A stretch of DNA of 44,370 bases, taken from an uncultured Bacilli bacterium. Its GTDB lineage: Bacteria; Bacillota_I; Bacilli_A; RF39; UBA660. This document shows, one piece after another, positions 19,808 through 29,081 of this stretch. A model generated the notes under the pieces. It had not been told where the DNA came from and ran no database searches. It was given only the letters and a program-made list of their open reading frames with translations. The stretch spans positions 1-44,370 of the forward strand of contig CANRBB010000003.1 in NCBI GenBank assembly GCA_947628745.1, given 5' to 3'. Position 1 is the first letter of the stretch. Each line of letters begins with the position of its first letter. A program made the translations under genes and the position numbers.

Positions 19808-20273
19808 TAAAAATATTATAGATGACTGCAACAATGATTTGGATAAAATAAGGCAGTTTATAAATAATGACCCGTTAAATTCATTATGCCCATATTTAAT
19901 ATCATATTGTGTTGTAAGAAGTTGTGGATGTTTAGAAGTATGCATAAAAAATTTATTATTTGATTATTTATCTTCGGGGGCTAGACAGGAAACTATCAAT
20001 TATTTAGAAAAACAAATAGTTGATAGTTCGTGGAATCCATCTTGTGGTAATATCCAAAAGATATTAGAACAAGTAAACCCCAATTGGTCTAGAAGATTTC
20101 AAGACTTGACATTTGGTATTAGTGAAAAAGGTGATTTAAAATCATTAGTTAATTTAAGAAATGATTTTGCACATGGACGACAAATCACATCTACTATTGC
20201 TGATATCATTTCTTATTTTCAGGGTGGTTGTAAAATTCTTAATATATTGGAACAAATTATTTTAAATAAATAG
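19794..20273 (+). CDS. HEPN-domain protein (RiboL-PSP/MAE_28990-like putative RNase)
   Basis: LRNDFAHG (Rx4H) motif; N-terminal helix with conserved E (GCLEVCIK); 14-nt overlap with the DUF262 gene. Confidence 0.82.
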   Translation: MNGNNKNIIDDCNNDLDKIRQFINNDPLNSLCPYLISYCVVRSCGCLEVCIKNLLFDYLSSGARQETINYLEKQIVDSSWNPSCGNIQKILEQVNPNWSRRFQDLTFGISEKGDLKSLVNLRNDFAHGRQITSTIADIISYFQGGCKILNILEQIILNK

Positions 20274-20374
20274 TTACCTATATGACGTTAAAAGTTTAGT
20301 AAATGATAATCAAATGTCATCTGAAAAAACTTACGAATAATTTAAAATTTTGATAAGAATAATTTTAATTTTAC

Positions 20375-20415
20375 ATAACTCTATTTAGTTTTAACAGCTA
20401 AATAGAGTTATTTTT
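20375..20415 (+). terminator. Intrinsic terminator closing the DUF262-HEPN cassette
   Basis: Perfect 14-bp stem ATAACTCTATTTAG / CTAAATAGAGTTAT followed by TTTT. Confidence 0.75.
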
Positions 20416-20602
20416 GATACAATTCATTCTTAAAAATATTATTAGGGCTAGATCCTAAAATTTGCTAACAAAAGTTTTTCCATTGCTATTATGCTCGACA
20501 AACCACCATAGTACAGGTAAAAGAATAAATATGCTGATAATTTATTCATATAATAAAAAACTGCACATTCTGGATATAACAAATTGAACTGTACATTGTC
20601 GT

Positions 20603-20649
20603 AAATTGTAATTAAAAATTGTAATTAAAAATTGTAATTAAAAATTGTA
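20603..20649 (+). repeat. 13-bp tandem repeat (AAATTGTAATTAA x3 plus 8-bp partial copy)
   Basis: Exact copies start at 20603, 20616 and 20629; partial copy at 20642. Confidence 0.9.
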
Positions 20650-20676
20650 GACAAATATATGAAAGTGTGGTACAAT
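20648..20676 (+). promoter_or_regulatory. Promoter of the glycosyltransferase operon
   Basis: TAGACA (20648-20653), 17-bp spacer, TG-n-TACAAT (20671-20676); a second TG-n-TATAAT at 20774-20782. Confidence 0.65.
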
Positions 20677-20836
20677 ATGTACAATTTTATGTGCGACATA
20701 GTTTAACCAAATAAACTAGCAAAATAATAAATAGATGATTATATAAAATATAGTTTTTCTAATAAAAAAAGTATGTTATAATAGAAAAGTCTAAGCTAGT
20801 TGTTCAAATAAATAAAAATATGGGGAAGGGGTAGCA

Positions 20837-21505
20837 ATGAATAACGAATTAGAAATAGTGAGTGGTGAAACAGTTAATATGAAAGAGAGCATATATAATG
20901 TATTCAAAAGATTTATTGATATAATATGTGCTGTTATAGGGTGCCTATTATTGGTTCCTATTTCTTTACTTATAAAAGTATCTTATTTAATCAATAAAGA
21001 TTTTGATTCAATTTTTTTTACACAAGAAAGGATTGGCAAAAATGGTCAGCTCTTTAAGTTTTATAAATTTCGAACCATGGTGCCTAATGCGGATGAGATT
21101 TTGTATAAAACTTTAGAGATTGATAAAGTAGCAGCAGCCGAATATAGCAAAAATAAAAAACTAAAACATGATCCAAGAATTACTAAAGTAGGGAAAATAC
21201 TTAGAAAAACATCGATAGACGAATTACCACAATTAATTAATATTCTTAAAGGAGAAATGTCATTAATAGGAAATAGGCCTTATCTTCCACGAGAAAAAAA
21301 AGATATGGGAGAATATTATAATGATATAATTAAGACAAAACCAGGACTTACTGGATACTGGCAAGTAAATGGTAGAAGTTCTAAGACTTTTGAGGAAAGA
21401 TTGAAATTAGAAAGTTATTATTCTTTACATAAGAGTTTTAAGTTGGATGTAAAAATATTTTTAAAGACATTTAAGGTGGTACTTTTTTGCAAAGATGCTG
21501 GATAG
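20837..21505 (+). CDS. Priming undecaprenyl-phosphate sugar phosphotransferase (Bac_transf)
   Basis: KRFIDI, FYKFRTM, DPRITKVG..LRKTSIDELPQLINILKGEMS, KPGLTGYWQVNGR. Confidence 0.92.
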   Translation: MNNELEIVSGETVNMKESIYNVFKRFIDIICAVIGCLLLVPISLLIKVSYLINKDFDSIFFTQERIGKNGQLFKFYKFRTMVPNADEILYKTLEIDKVAAAEYSKNKKLKHDPRITKVGKILRKTSIDELPQLINILKGEMSLIGNRPYLPREKKDMGEYYNDIIKTKPGLTGYWQVNGRSSKTFEERLKLESYYSLHKSFKLDVKIFLKTFKVVLFCKDAG

Positions 21506-21552
21506 TTCAACATCTATACATATAACATAGATAGTTAGTGAGGTGTGTTTCT

Positions 21553-22674
21553 GTGAGAATAGCTATGATTGGTCATAAACGGATTCCATCTAGAGAAGGT
21601 GGAGTAGAGATAGTAGTTGAAGAACTATCAACAAGAATGGTATCCTTAGGACATGAAGTAACCTGTTACAATAGAAGTGGTAAACATGTTCTTAATAAAG
21701 ATGAAAAAATTAAAAATCTAGAAGAGTACAAAGGAGTAAAACTAAAAAAAGTACTTACAATAGATAAAAAAGGTTTAGCAGCTATGACATCATCATTCTT
21801 TGGAACATTAAAAATACTATTCTCTAAAGCAGAAGTAGTTCATTATCATGCAGAAGGACCTTGCGCTATGATCCCTATAATTAAATTTCTATCAAGAAAA
21901 AAAGTAGTAGCAACAATTCATGGGCTTGATTGGCAAAGAGCAAAATGGAAAAATGGCTTTGCTTCTAAATATATAAAATTTGGTGAAAAGATGGCTGCCA
22001 AATACGCAGATGAAATCATTGTTTTAAGCGAAAATGTAAAAGAATACTTCAGAAGGACGTATAATCGCGATACTCATTTTATACCTAATGGAGTTAACAA
22101 GCCAGAGATTATTAAATCAAAAATTATAAAAAAGAAATATTCATTAGACAAAGATGACTACTTCTTATTTTTAGGTAGAATGGTTCCAGAAAAAGGGATT
22201 CACTATTTAATAGAAGCATATAAAAACATTTTAACAGAAAAGAAATTAGTGATAGCTGGTGGAGCTAGTGACACTGATTCTTATTATGAAGAATTAAAAG
22301 AAATGGCAAAAGATAATGAAAATATTATCTTTACAGGATTTGTTCAAGGAAAAGAACTAGAAGAGTTATATAGTAATGCGTATGTCTATGTGTTACCAAG
22401 TGATCTTGAAGGAATGCCATTATCATTATTAGAAGCTATGAGTTATGGAAATTGTTGCCTAACTTCAGATATAGATGAATGTTCAGAAGTAATAGAAAAC
22501 AAAGGAATCACTTTTAGAAAATCAGATATAAAAGATTTAATGGAAAAATTGCAAAATTTGTCAGATGATAGTAAGAAAGTAGCAAAATACCAAAAGAATG
22601 CCCAAGTATTTATATTAAAAAAATATAATTGGGATGAAGTAGCTAAAAAAACTCTAAAGTTATATAGTAAGTAG
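21553..22674 (+). CDS. Glycosyltransferase family 4
   Basis: EGGVE, FLGRMVPEKG, EGMPLSLLEAM (EX7E); GTG 21553 after GAGGTG. Confidence 0.9.
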   Translation: MRIAMIGHKRIPSREGGVEIVVEELSTRMVSLGHEVTCYNRSGKHVLNKDEKIKNLEEYKGVKLKKVLTIDKKGLAAMTSSFFGTLKILFSKAEVVHYHAEGPCAMIPIIKFLSRKKVVATIHGLDWQRAKWKNGFASKYIKFGEKMAAKYADEIIVLSENVKEYFRRTYNRDTHFIPNGVNKPEIIKSKIIKKKYSLDKDDYFLFLGRMVPEKGIHYLIEAYKNILTEKKLVIAGGASDTDSYYEELKEMAKDNENIIFTGFVQGKELEELYSNAYVYVLPSDLEGMPLSLLEAMSYGNCCLTSDIDECSEVIENKGITFRKSDIKDLMEKLQNLSDDSKKVAKYQKNAQVFILKKYNWDEVAKKTLKLYSK

Positions 22675-22681
22675 GTGAAAT

Positions 22682-23697
22682 ATGAAAAAAGCAAGATATG
22701 AATCATTAAATGGACTAAGAACTATTGCTTGTATCGGTATAGTTCTTATGCACATTCGCTCTAATATTTATTATAAATTGGGAAATGATATAGTTAATAA
22801 TATAATTCAAGGATTTACAGATTTTGTTTATTTGTTCATGATTTTGTCGGCTTTTGGAATGTGCTGTGGCTATTACAATAAAGTAAAAAACAATGAGATG
22901 GATTTAGAGGTATTTTATCAAAGAAGATTTCAAAAAGTATTACCTTTCTTTGCTTTACTATTAATTATTAATGTGATTTATGAACATACTAGTTCTTCAT
23001 TAATAGAAGCCTTCTCTGAATTTACACTAATGTTTGGATTTATTCAAAAAGATATAAAAGTTTTGGGAGTAGCATGGTTTCTAGGTATAATATTTATATT
23101 TTATTTCATATTTCCATATTTTGTATACTTATTTTCTAATAAAAAACGAGCATGGTCTACAACACTAATAGCAATTGCCATGAATTTAGTTGGTGCATTT
23201 TATTTTCATATTGATAGGACAAACTTTTTTTATAGTTTCCTATATTTTTGCGTAGGAGGTCTAATATACCTATATAAGGATGATTTAATAAAACTTGTGT
23301 CTAAACACAGAATTATAACAATTTTACTAGTTTTTTTATCAATATTTATGTATTACGGTTTAGGCAATTTAAAAACAATACTGTTTATAAGAGTCATACC
23401 ACTATGTGTTTTGCTAATAGCATATGCTATTACGTTTAATTCAAAGATGTTGAACAATAATTTTACCCAAATAATAGGTGGGGGGGGGTTAGTATGGATA
23501 TTTATTTAAGCCATATGCTAGTGTTTAGAGTCGCTCAAAAACTTAACCTAGAACACATTTTCAAAAATGATTATTTATCGTACTTTACTATATCTATCAT
23601 AGTTTTAGTAGGAGCTTTTATCTTTTCAAAAAGTTTTCAGGTAATATTTAATAAAATAAAAAGGAGTATATATCATGAAAATACTATTAGTAAATAA
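22682..23697 (+). pseudogene. Acyltransferase_3 (OafA-like) O-acyltransferase frameshifted at a G9 tract (candidate phase-OFF allele)
   Basis: LNGLRTIA..H, FMILSAF and VAWFL in 22682-23509; SMDIYLSH motif continues in another frame (23494-23697); G run at 23480-23488. Confidence 0.85.
23480..23488 (+). repeat. Homopolymeric G9 tract
   Basis: ggt-GGGGGGGGG-ttagtatg; the only long G run I noticed in the window. Confidence 0.95.
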
Positions 23698-24892
23698 ATT
23701 CCATTGGAATAAAGGTGGATCAGAAAAATACTATTTTGAATTAGGACAACTACTAAAAGAACATGGACATGAAGTAGCATATTTTTCAATGGAAGATGAA
23801 AAGAATATAAAAACTGGAGACAAAGAATATTTTGTTCCCAAGTTTGATTTAAATGCTAGTTCAAAATTAAAAGCACTAGATGTAATCTATAACAAAGAAA
23901 ACGAAAAAATAATGGAAAAGGCATTAGATGAATTTAAGCCTGATATTGTTCATTTGAATAACTTCCAAAGACAATTATCAGCTTCAATTATAAAGCCATG
24001 TACAAAAAGAAAAATTCCCATAGTATTTACAGCTCATGATGTACAAGCAATTTGTCCAGCAATTACTATGATGGATAATGATAATAATGTGTGTGAATTA
24101 TGTATGCATGGAAAGTACATGAATTGTATAAAGAAATCATGTAATAAAGGGTCTAAATTAAAAAGTATTCTAGGTGCTATAGAGGGATATTATTATCGAA
24201 GAAATAAAATATATACAGATAAGATTGACTATATAATTACACCATCTGAATTTTATAGAACCAAATTTATTGAAGATGGCATAGATAAATCTAAAGTAGA
24301 AGCAATACATAATTCAATAGATGTTTCAAACTACGATATAAAAACGCAAGATGATGGATATGCTCTATATTTTGGTAGATTATCAAAAGAAAAAGGAATA
24401 CTAAACTTAATAGAAGCCTTCTCTAAATGTGGCAATAACAGTATGTTGTATATAGCAGGGGATGGGCCCGAAAAAGAAAATATAGAAAAAATAATAAAAG
24501 AGAAAAAATTAAATAAAAGAATTAAATTATTAGGTTTCCTTAATAAAAAAGAAATGACAGAAATTACAAGAAAATGTAAGTTTGTCGTAGTACCAAGCAT
24601 CTGGTATGAAAACTGTCCATATTCAGTCCTAGAAACATTAGCTATAGGGAAACCAGTAATTGGTTCTAATATTGGTGGAATACCAGAATTAGTAAATCAT
24701 AAAGAAAATGGATATATATATAATACAATAGATGAATTAACAGAATATATGAACAAACTTTTTAATAATAAAGAAAAAGTCAAAGAGTTTAGTAAAAACT
24801 CTAAAGAGTTGGCAATTAGAAATTATTCAAGAGATGAATATTATAAAAAAATAGAAAGCATTTATCAAAAGTTATTAAGGAAGTGTAAATAA
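23675..24892 (+). CDS. Glycosyltransferase family 4 with Cys-rich insert
   Basis: KGGSEKY, HDVQAICP..CELC...C, YFGRLSKEKG, ENCPYSVLE. Confidence 0.88.
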   Translation: MKILLVNKFHWNKGGSEKYYFELGQLLKEHGHEVAYFSMEDEKNIKTGDKEYFVPKFDLNASSKLKALDVIYNKENEKIMEKALDEFKPDIVHLNNFQRQLSASIIKPCTKRKIPIVFTAHDVQAICPAITMMDNDNNVCELCMHGKYMNCIKKSCNKGSKLKSILGAIEGYYYRRNKIYTDKIDYIITPSEFYRTKFIEDGIDKSKVEAIHNSIDVSNYDIKTQDDGYALYFGRLSKEKGILNLIEAFSKCGNNSMLYIAGDGPEKENIEKIIKEKKLNKRIKLLGFLNKKEMTEITRKCKFVVVPSIWYENCPYSVLETLAIGKPVIGSNIGGIPELVNHKENGYIYNTIDELTEYMNKLFNNKEKVKEFSKNSKELAIRNYSRDEYYKKIESIYQKLLRKCK

Positions 24893-24893
24893 A

Positions 24894-26072
24894 ATGAAAG
24901 AGAAGAAATTAAACGGAACAGTAATAGTTACATATAGATGCAATGCAAGATGTACCATGTGTAATAGATATAAGTGTCCTTCTAAACCAGAAGAAGAATT
25001 ATCTATTGAAACTATTAAAAAACTACCTAAAATGTATTTTACAAATATAACTGGTGGAGAACCATTTATTAGAGAAGATTTACAAGATATAGTTGAAGAA
25101 TTATATAAAAAAAGCGATAGAATAGTTATTTCAACTAATGGGTTCTTTACTGATAGAATTATAGCTATGGCAAAAAGATTTCCTAACATTGGTATTAGAA
25201 TTTCTATTGAAGGTTTGGAACAGACCAATAATGAAATTAGAGGATTAAAAGACGGGTACAATAGAGGTTATACAACGTTAAAAAAACTAAAAGAAATGGG
25301 TATGAAAGATGTTGGCTTTGGTATGACCGTCCAAGATAAAAATGCCCCTGATTTAGTTCCTCTATATAACATATCAAATGAGATGAATATGGAATTCGCG
25401 ACTGCCTCACTTCATAATAGTTTTTACTTTGTTGAAGCCAAGAATATAATTCATGATAGACCAATGGTTGCCAAACATTTTGAAGATCTTGTAAATGAAT
25501 TATTAAATTCTAATTCACCTAAAAAATGGTTTAGAGCATATTTCAATCATGGATTAATTAATTACATATATGGTCAAAAAAGATTATTACCATGTGATAT
25601 GGCATTCGATACTTTCTTTATAGATCCATATGGAGATGTAATGCCATGTAATGGAACCAAAGATAAAGAAGTAATGGGTAACTTAAATGAATGTAAAACT
25701 TGGGATGAGTTATGGAATTCTAAGCAAGCAGAGGCGGTAAGAAGTAAAGTTAGACACTGCGACAGGCAATGTTGGATGATAGGTTCCGTTTCGCCAGCCA
25801 TGCATAAATATATTTGGAAACCAGCTTGGTGGGTATTTCGACATAAATTCTTAAGATTCTTTAAAAAGAAAAAATATTCAATGTATGAAAACAAAATTGT
25901 TAGAGACTTAAGAGATGGAAAAGTAACTAAAGAAGAACTTGATAAATGCTCAACATGTGATATGAATTGCATTATAAATGACGGCTTATCAAAAGCTTCT
26001 AAAGAGCAATTGAAAAATAAAACCGGTGAAGAAATAGTAGATGCAGATATAGCAAAACAAATGACAAAATAA
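24894..26072 (+). CDS. Radical SAM protein with SPASM/twitch-type domain
   Basis: CNARCTMC (CxxxCxxC), TGGEPF, PCDM..IDPYGDVMPC..MGNL..CDRQC; extra CSTCDMNC near the C-terminus. Confidence 0.92.
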   Translation: MKEKKLNGTVIVTYRCNARCTMCNRYKCPSKPEEELSIETIKKLPKMYFTNITGGEPFIREDLQDIVEELYKKSDRIVISTNGFFTDRIIAMAKRFPNIGIRISIEGLEQTNNEIRGLKDGYNRGYTTLKKLKEMGMKDVGFGMTVQDKNAPDLVPLYNISNEMNMEFATASLHNSFYFVEAKNIIHDRPMVAKHFEDLVNELLNSNSPKKWFRAYFNHGLINYIYGQKRLLPCDMAFDTFFIDPYGDVMPCNGTKDKEVMGNLNECKTWDELWNSKQAEAVRSKVRHCDRQCWMIGSVSPAMHKYIWKPAWWVFRHKFLRFFKKKKYSMYENKIVRDLRDGKVTKEELDKCSTCDMNCIINDGLSKASKEQLKNKTGEEIVDADIAKQMTK

Positions 26073-26088
26073 GGGGGGATTTAATTAT

Positions 26089-27093
26089 ATGAAAACAAAG
26101 TTTGTCACTTGTATCAGTTATCATGGTACTGGTTCGGGTGCAGTTGATGATTTACTAAGAGAATTTGATAATTTTGCGAGTGCACCTTCAGAAGTAGAAT
26201 GCAGATATTTGCAAGATCCAGACGGTATTTCTGATTTAGAATACAATTTAATTGAAAATCCAAATAGATTGAATTCCGGTTTTGCTTTAAAAAGATATAT
26301 TATTTTCGCTAAAAAAATGGCATACACATACAGCAAAATATTTGGCATAAAATGGTTACAGTTATCAAAAAAATACGTGGCGTCGCTTTCTAAATTTTCC
26401 TATAAAGGATATTGGCATGGTGATTTAAGAATCATTTCTAAACCAAAACTATTTATATATTATTGTAGAAGAGCACTATCGAAAATAACGCCAAAAAAGT
26501 TTCGAAAGGCTACATATTATAATTATTTTCCTAATATTGACTCCTATCATTCATACATATCAGAAAAAGAATTTTTAGATAAAACTAGGAGGTATAGTGA
26601 GGATTTAGCTAATTTGATAAACAAAGAAAATAAAGAATATTTGGTATTAGACCAATTAATACCACCCTCAAATATAAAAAGATATATTAGATATATGAGT
26701 AATTTAAAGGTAATTATTGTGGATAGAGATCCCAGAGATACCTATCTGAATTCTGTATTACATAAAGACCATGTTCTTCCAAAAGAAGTAGAAAAATTTT
26801 GTGAAGTGTATAAAGATATAAGAAAAACTATAAATGAAGAAATTAAAAATAAAGATGTAATTTTAATTAAATTTGAAGATTTAATTTATAATTATGAAGA
26901 CTCAGTAAGTAAAATAACTAAATTTTTGGGAACAAATCTTAATCATCATGTAAAGAAAAAGGAAATTTTTAAACCGGATGAGTCAAAGCTAAATACTCGC
27001 CAATGGGAAAATCATTTAGAGTACAAAAAAGAAATAGAATATATAGAAACAAATTTAAAAAATTATCTATATAATTATGAGAAAGGTGAGTAG
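26089..27093 (+). CDS. Sulfotransferase-fold (P-loop) protein
   Basis: N-terminal HGTGSGAV loop, IIVDRDPRD, IKFEDL. Confidence 0.6.
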   Translation: MKTKFVTCISYHGTGSGAVDDLLREFDNFASAPSEVECRYLQDPDGISDLEYNLIENPNRLNSGFALKRYIIFAKKMAYTYSKIFGIKWLQLSKKYVASLSKFSYKGYWHGDLRIISKPKLFIYYCRRALSKITPKKFRKATYYNYFPNIDSYHSYISEKEFLDKTRRYSEDLANLINKENKEYLVLDQLIPPSNIKRYIRYMSNLKVIIVDRDPRDTYLNSVLHKDHVLPKEVEKFCEVYKDIRKTINEEIKNKDVILIKFEDLIYNYEDSVSKITKFLGTNLNHHVKKKEIFKPDESKLNTRQWENHLEYKKEIEYIETNLKNYLYNYEKGE

Positions 27094-27094
27094 T

Positions 27095-27847
27095 ATGAAC
27101 AAAATACCAAAAACAATTCATTATTGTTGGTTTGGAAGAAATAAAAAATCACGTGCTATAAAAAAATGTATTAATAGTTGGAAAAAATATATGCCTGATT
27201 ACAATATAATGGAGTGGAACGAGGATAGTTATGATTTATCCAAAGCCCCTAAATATGTGCAAGAAGCCTATGAAGCTAAGAAATATGCCTTTGTTAGCGA
27301 TTATGTAAGGTTATATGCATTAGAAAAGTATGGTGGAATATATTTTGATACAGACCTTGAAGTAATAAAAAATTTTGATAAATTATTAAAAAATAAAAAT
27401 GTAGTATTAGGTTTTCAAGGTAATTATCATTTGATGACTGCTTTTATTGCATGTATACCCAACTATTCGGTAATTCAACAATATCTTGGTGAATATAAAA
27501 AAAGATTATTTATAAAAGAGGATGGGACATATGATTTAACAACTAATCCACCAAGATTTACAGAATTATTTTGTGACTTAAAAGGATTAATTCCAAATGA
27601 AGAGTACCAAGAACTTGACGATGATATTGTAGTTTACCCAAAGGATTATTTTAGTGCTTACGACTTAAGCAATGATCATGAGGCTATAACAAACAATACA
27701 TACACCATTCATCACTATTTGGGAACATGGATTTCAAAAGGAAAATATAAGATGAAAGTAAAAAAAATCCTGGCAAAGGTATTGGGACTTGAAAATTATA
27801 AAAGATTAAAAAGAATAATAAAAGGAAAACGAAATGAAGGTAAATAA
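27095..27847 (+). CDS. Glycosyltransferase family 32 (Och1-like, DXD)
   Basis: IPKTIHYCWFG, AFVSDYVR, GGIYFDTD; ATG 27095 after AAAGGTGA. Confidence 0.9.
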   Translation: MNKIPKTIHYCWFGRNKKSRAIKKCINSWKKYMPDYNIMEWNEDSYDLSKAPKYVQEAYEAKKYAFVSDYVRLYALEKYGGIYFDTDLEVIKNFDKLLKNKNVVLGFQGNYHLMTAFIACIPNYSVIQQYLGEYKKRLFIKEDGTYDLTTNPPRFTELFCDLKGLIPNEEYQELDDDIVVYPKDYFSAYDLSNDHEAITNNTYTIHHYLGTWISKGKYKMKVKKILAKVLGLENYKRLKRIIKGKRNEGK

Positions 27848-29081
27848 GAAAGATTTAATAACAATAATATTTATAATATTTTTCTGTTTGTTTGAAAATA
27901 TATTTTATTTAGTTGATACAACAAAAATAAGAATAGGTGGCATGTATATTTATGATAATTTGTGTCAAATGCTTTTTATTATAACAATGTTTTTAATTTC
28001 GGCTAAAATAAAAACAAGGTACCCCAATTCAATTTTTAAATATGACGTTATTGCCCTTATTGTTTTATCATTCATATCATCAATAACTGCATATATATAT
28101 GTTGCTCAGCCTATAAAAGAAGGATTACTTCAACAGTCGAGTTTTATATTAATATTACTGGCATATTTTCCTATCAGAAAAATTATTTTAAGTGAAAACT
28201 TTAATTATGATTTATTTAAAAGAAATTTTATTAAAATAGGCTACATCACCATAATATTGGCCCTTTTACACATAATATTTGGCAACTATTTTACAATAAT
28301 TCATGTGCAAGAAGCAGTTGATGTAATAAGATTATACTTAGATAGTTTTGCATGCGTTGTGATAGCTTTCTTTGGTATGGATGACTGGTTAAAGAACAGA
28401 AAATCGAGTTCCTTATTACCAGTAGTTATGGCATATATATATGAACTTTTCATAGGAAAAGGTAGATTAGAATTTGGTGCCTTAACAATTGCCATTGTTG
28501 TAGCTTTTATATTCAAAGATAAAGATTGGAGAAAATCGCTAAAATCCATTATTCTAGTAGTCATTGCTGCCATACTATTTTTTAATAGCAGTTATTCAAG
28601 TAGATTTCATGAGGCAATTGAAAACTTTTCATCAGAAGATCATGGAGTAAATAGTATGGGAGTAAGGTTAGATGCTAGAGTATTGTTTAAAGAACAACTG
28701 ACTGAAAATCCTGCTACCTTAATATTTGGATGTGGTTACCCATCATCAAATTGGGAAGCATCCGCAAAAAAAATAAAAAAAGATCATCATTATGGTCTTG
28801 TCGATAATGGCATATATGGTTTTGTTTATGTTTATGGTATACTTGGTCTATTTGTTCTTGCAAAATTATTTTTAAAAATATACAAGTTGTCTATAGCAGT
28901 GATGCGAAAAGAAAAGTGCTTTCTTTATTTAATGTTTATAATATTTATTACAATACTTTTATATAACATAGTATTTTGGTGGTATAAGCCAGCATGGACA
29001 TTAGGCCTTGTATTATTTATGACATTATTAGAAAAAAAATACATTGATTGGAGTAGAAAATCATATGGAGAAGATATTTAA
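27834..29081 (+). CDS. wzy: Putative polysaccharide polymerase Wzy
   Basis: About 10 hydrophobic segments; large loop with SMGVR..IFGCG..DNGIYGFVYVYGILG; position in the operon. Confidence 0.7.
   Translation: MKVNKKDLITIIFIIFFCLFENIFYLVDTTKIRIGGMYIYDNLCQMLFIITMFLISAKIKTRYPNSIFKYDVIALIVLSFISSITAYIYVAQPIKEGLLQQSSFILILLAYFPIRKIILSENFNYDLFKRNFIKIGYITIILALLHIIFGNYFTIIHVQEAVDVIRLYLDSFACVVIAFFGMDDWLKNRKSSSLLPVVMAYIYELFIGKGRLEFGALTIAIVVAFIFKDKDWRKSLKSIILVVIAAILFFNSSYSSRFHEAIENFSSEDHGVNSMGVRLDARVLFKEQLTENPATLIFGCGYPSSNWEASAKKIKKDHHYGLVDNGIYGFVYVYGILGLFVLAKLFLKIYKLSIAVMRKEKCFLYLMFIIFITILLYNIVFWWYKPAWTLGLVLFMTLLEKKYIDWSRKSYGEDI

Noticed and set aside
18403-20320. Imperfect inverted repeat (ATGACATTT...TATCA) flanking the DUF262-HEPN cassette as mobile-element ends
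   Set aside because: Only 9 exact bases in very AT-rich DNA, with no target duplication, transposase or integrase.
20440-20580. Short hydrophobic minus-strand ORFs (e.g. MNKLSAYLFFYL..., 33 aa)
   Set aside because: No RBS and no recognisable family; expected by chance in AT-rich DNA.
20603-20649. Tandem repeat as a CRISPR array or iteron set
   Set aside because: No spacers, 13-bp unit, and no cas or rep gene.
14011-21544. Identical AGTTAGTGAGGT at 14011-14022 and 21533-21544
   Set aside because: Both include ribosome-binding sites; too short to support a duplication or recombination site.
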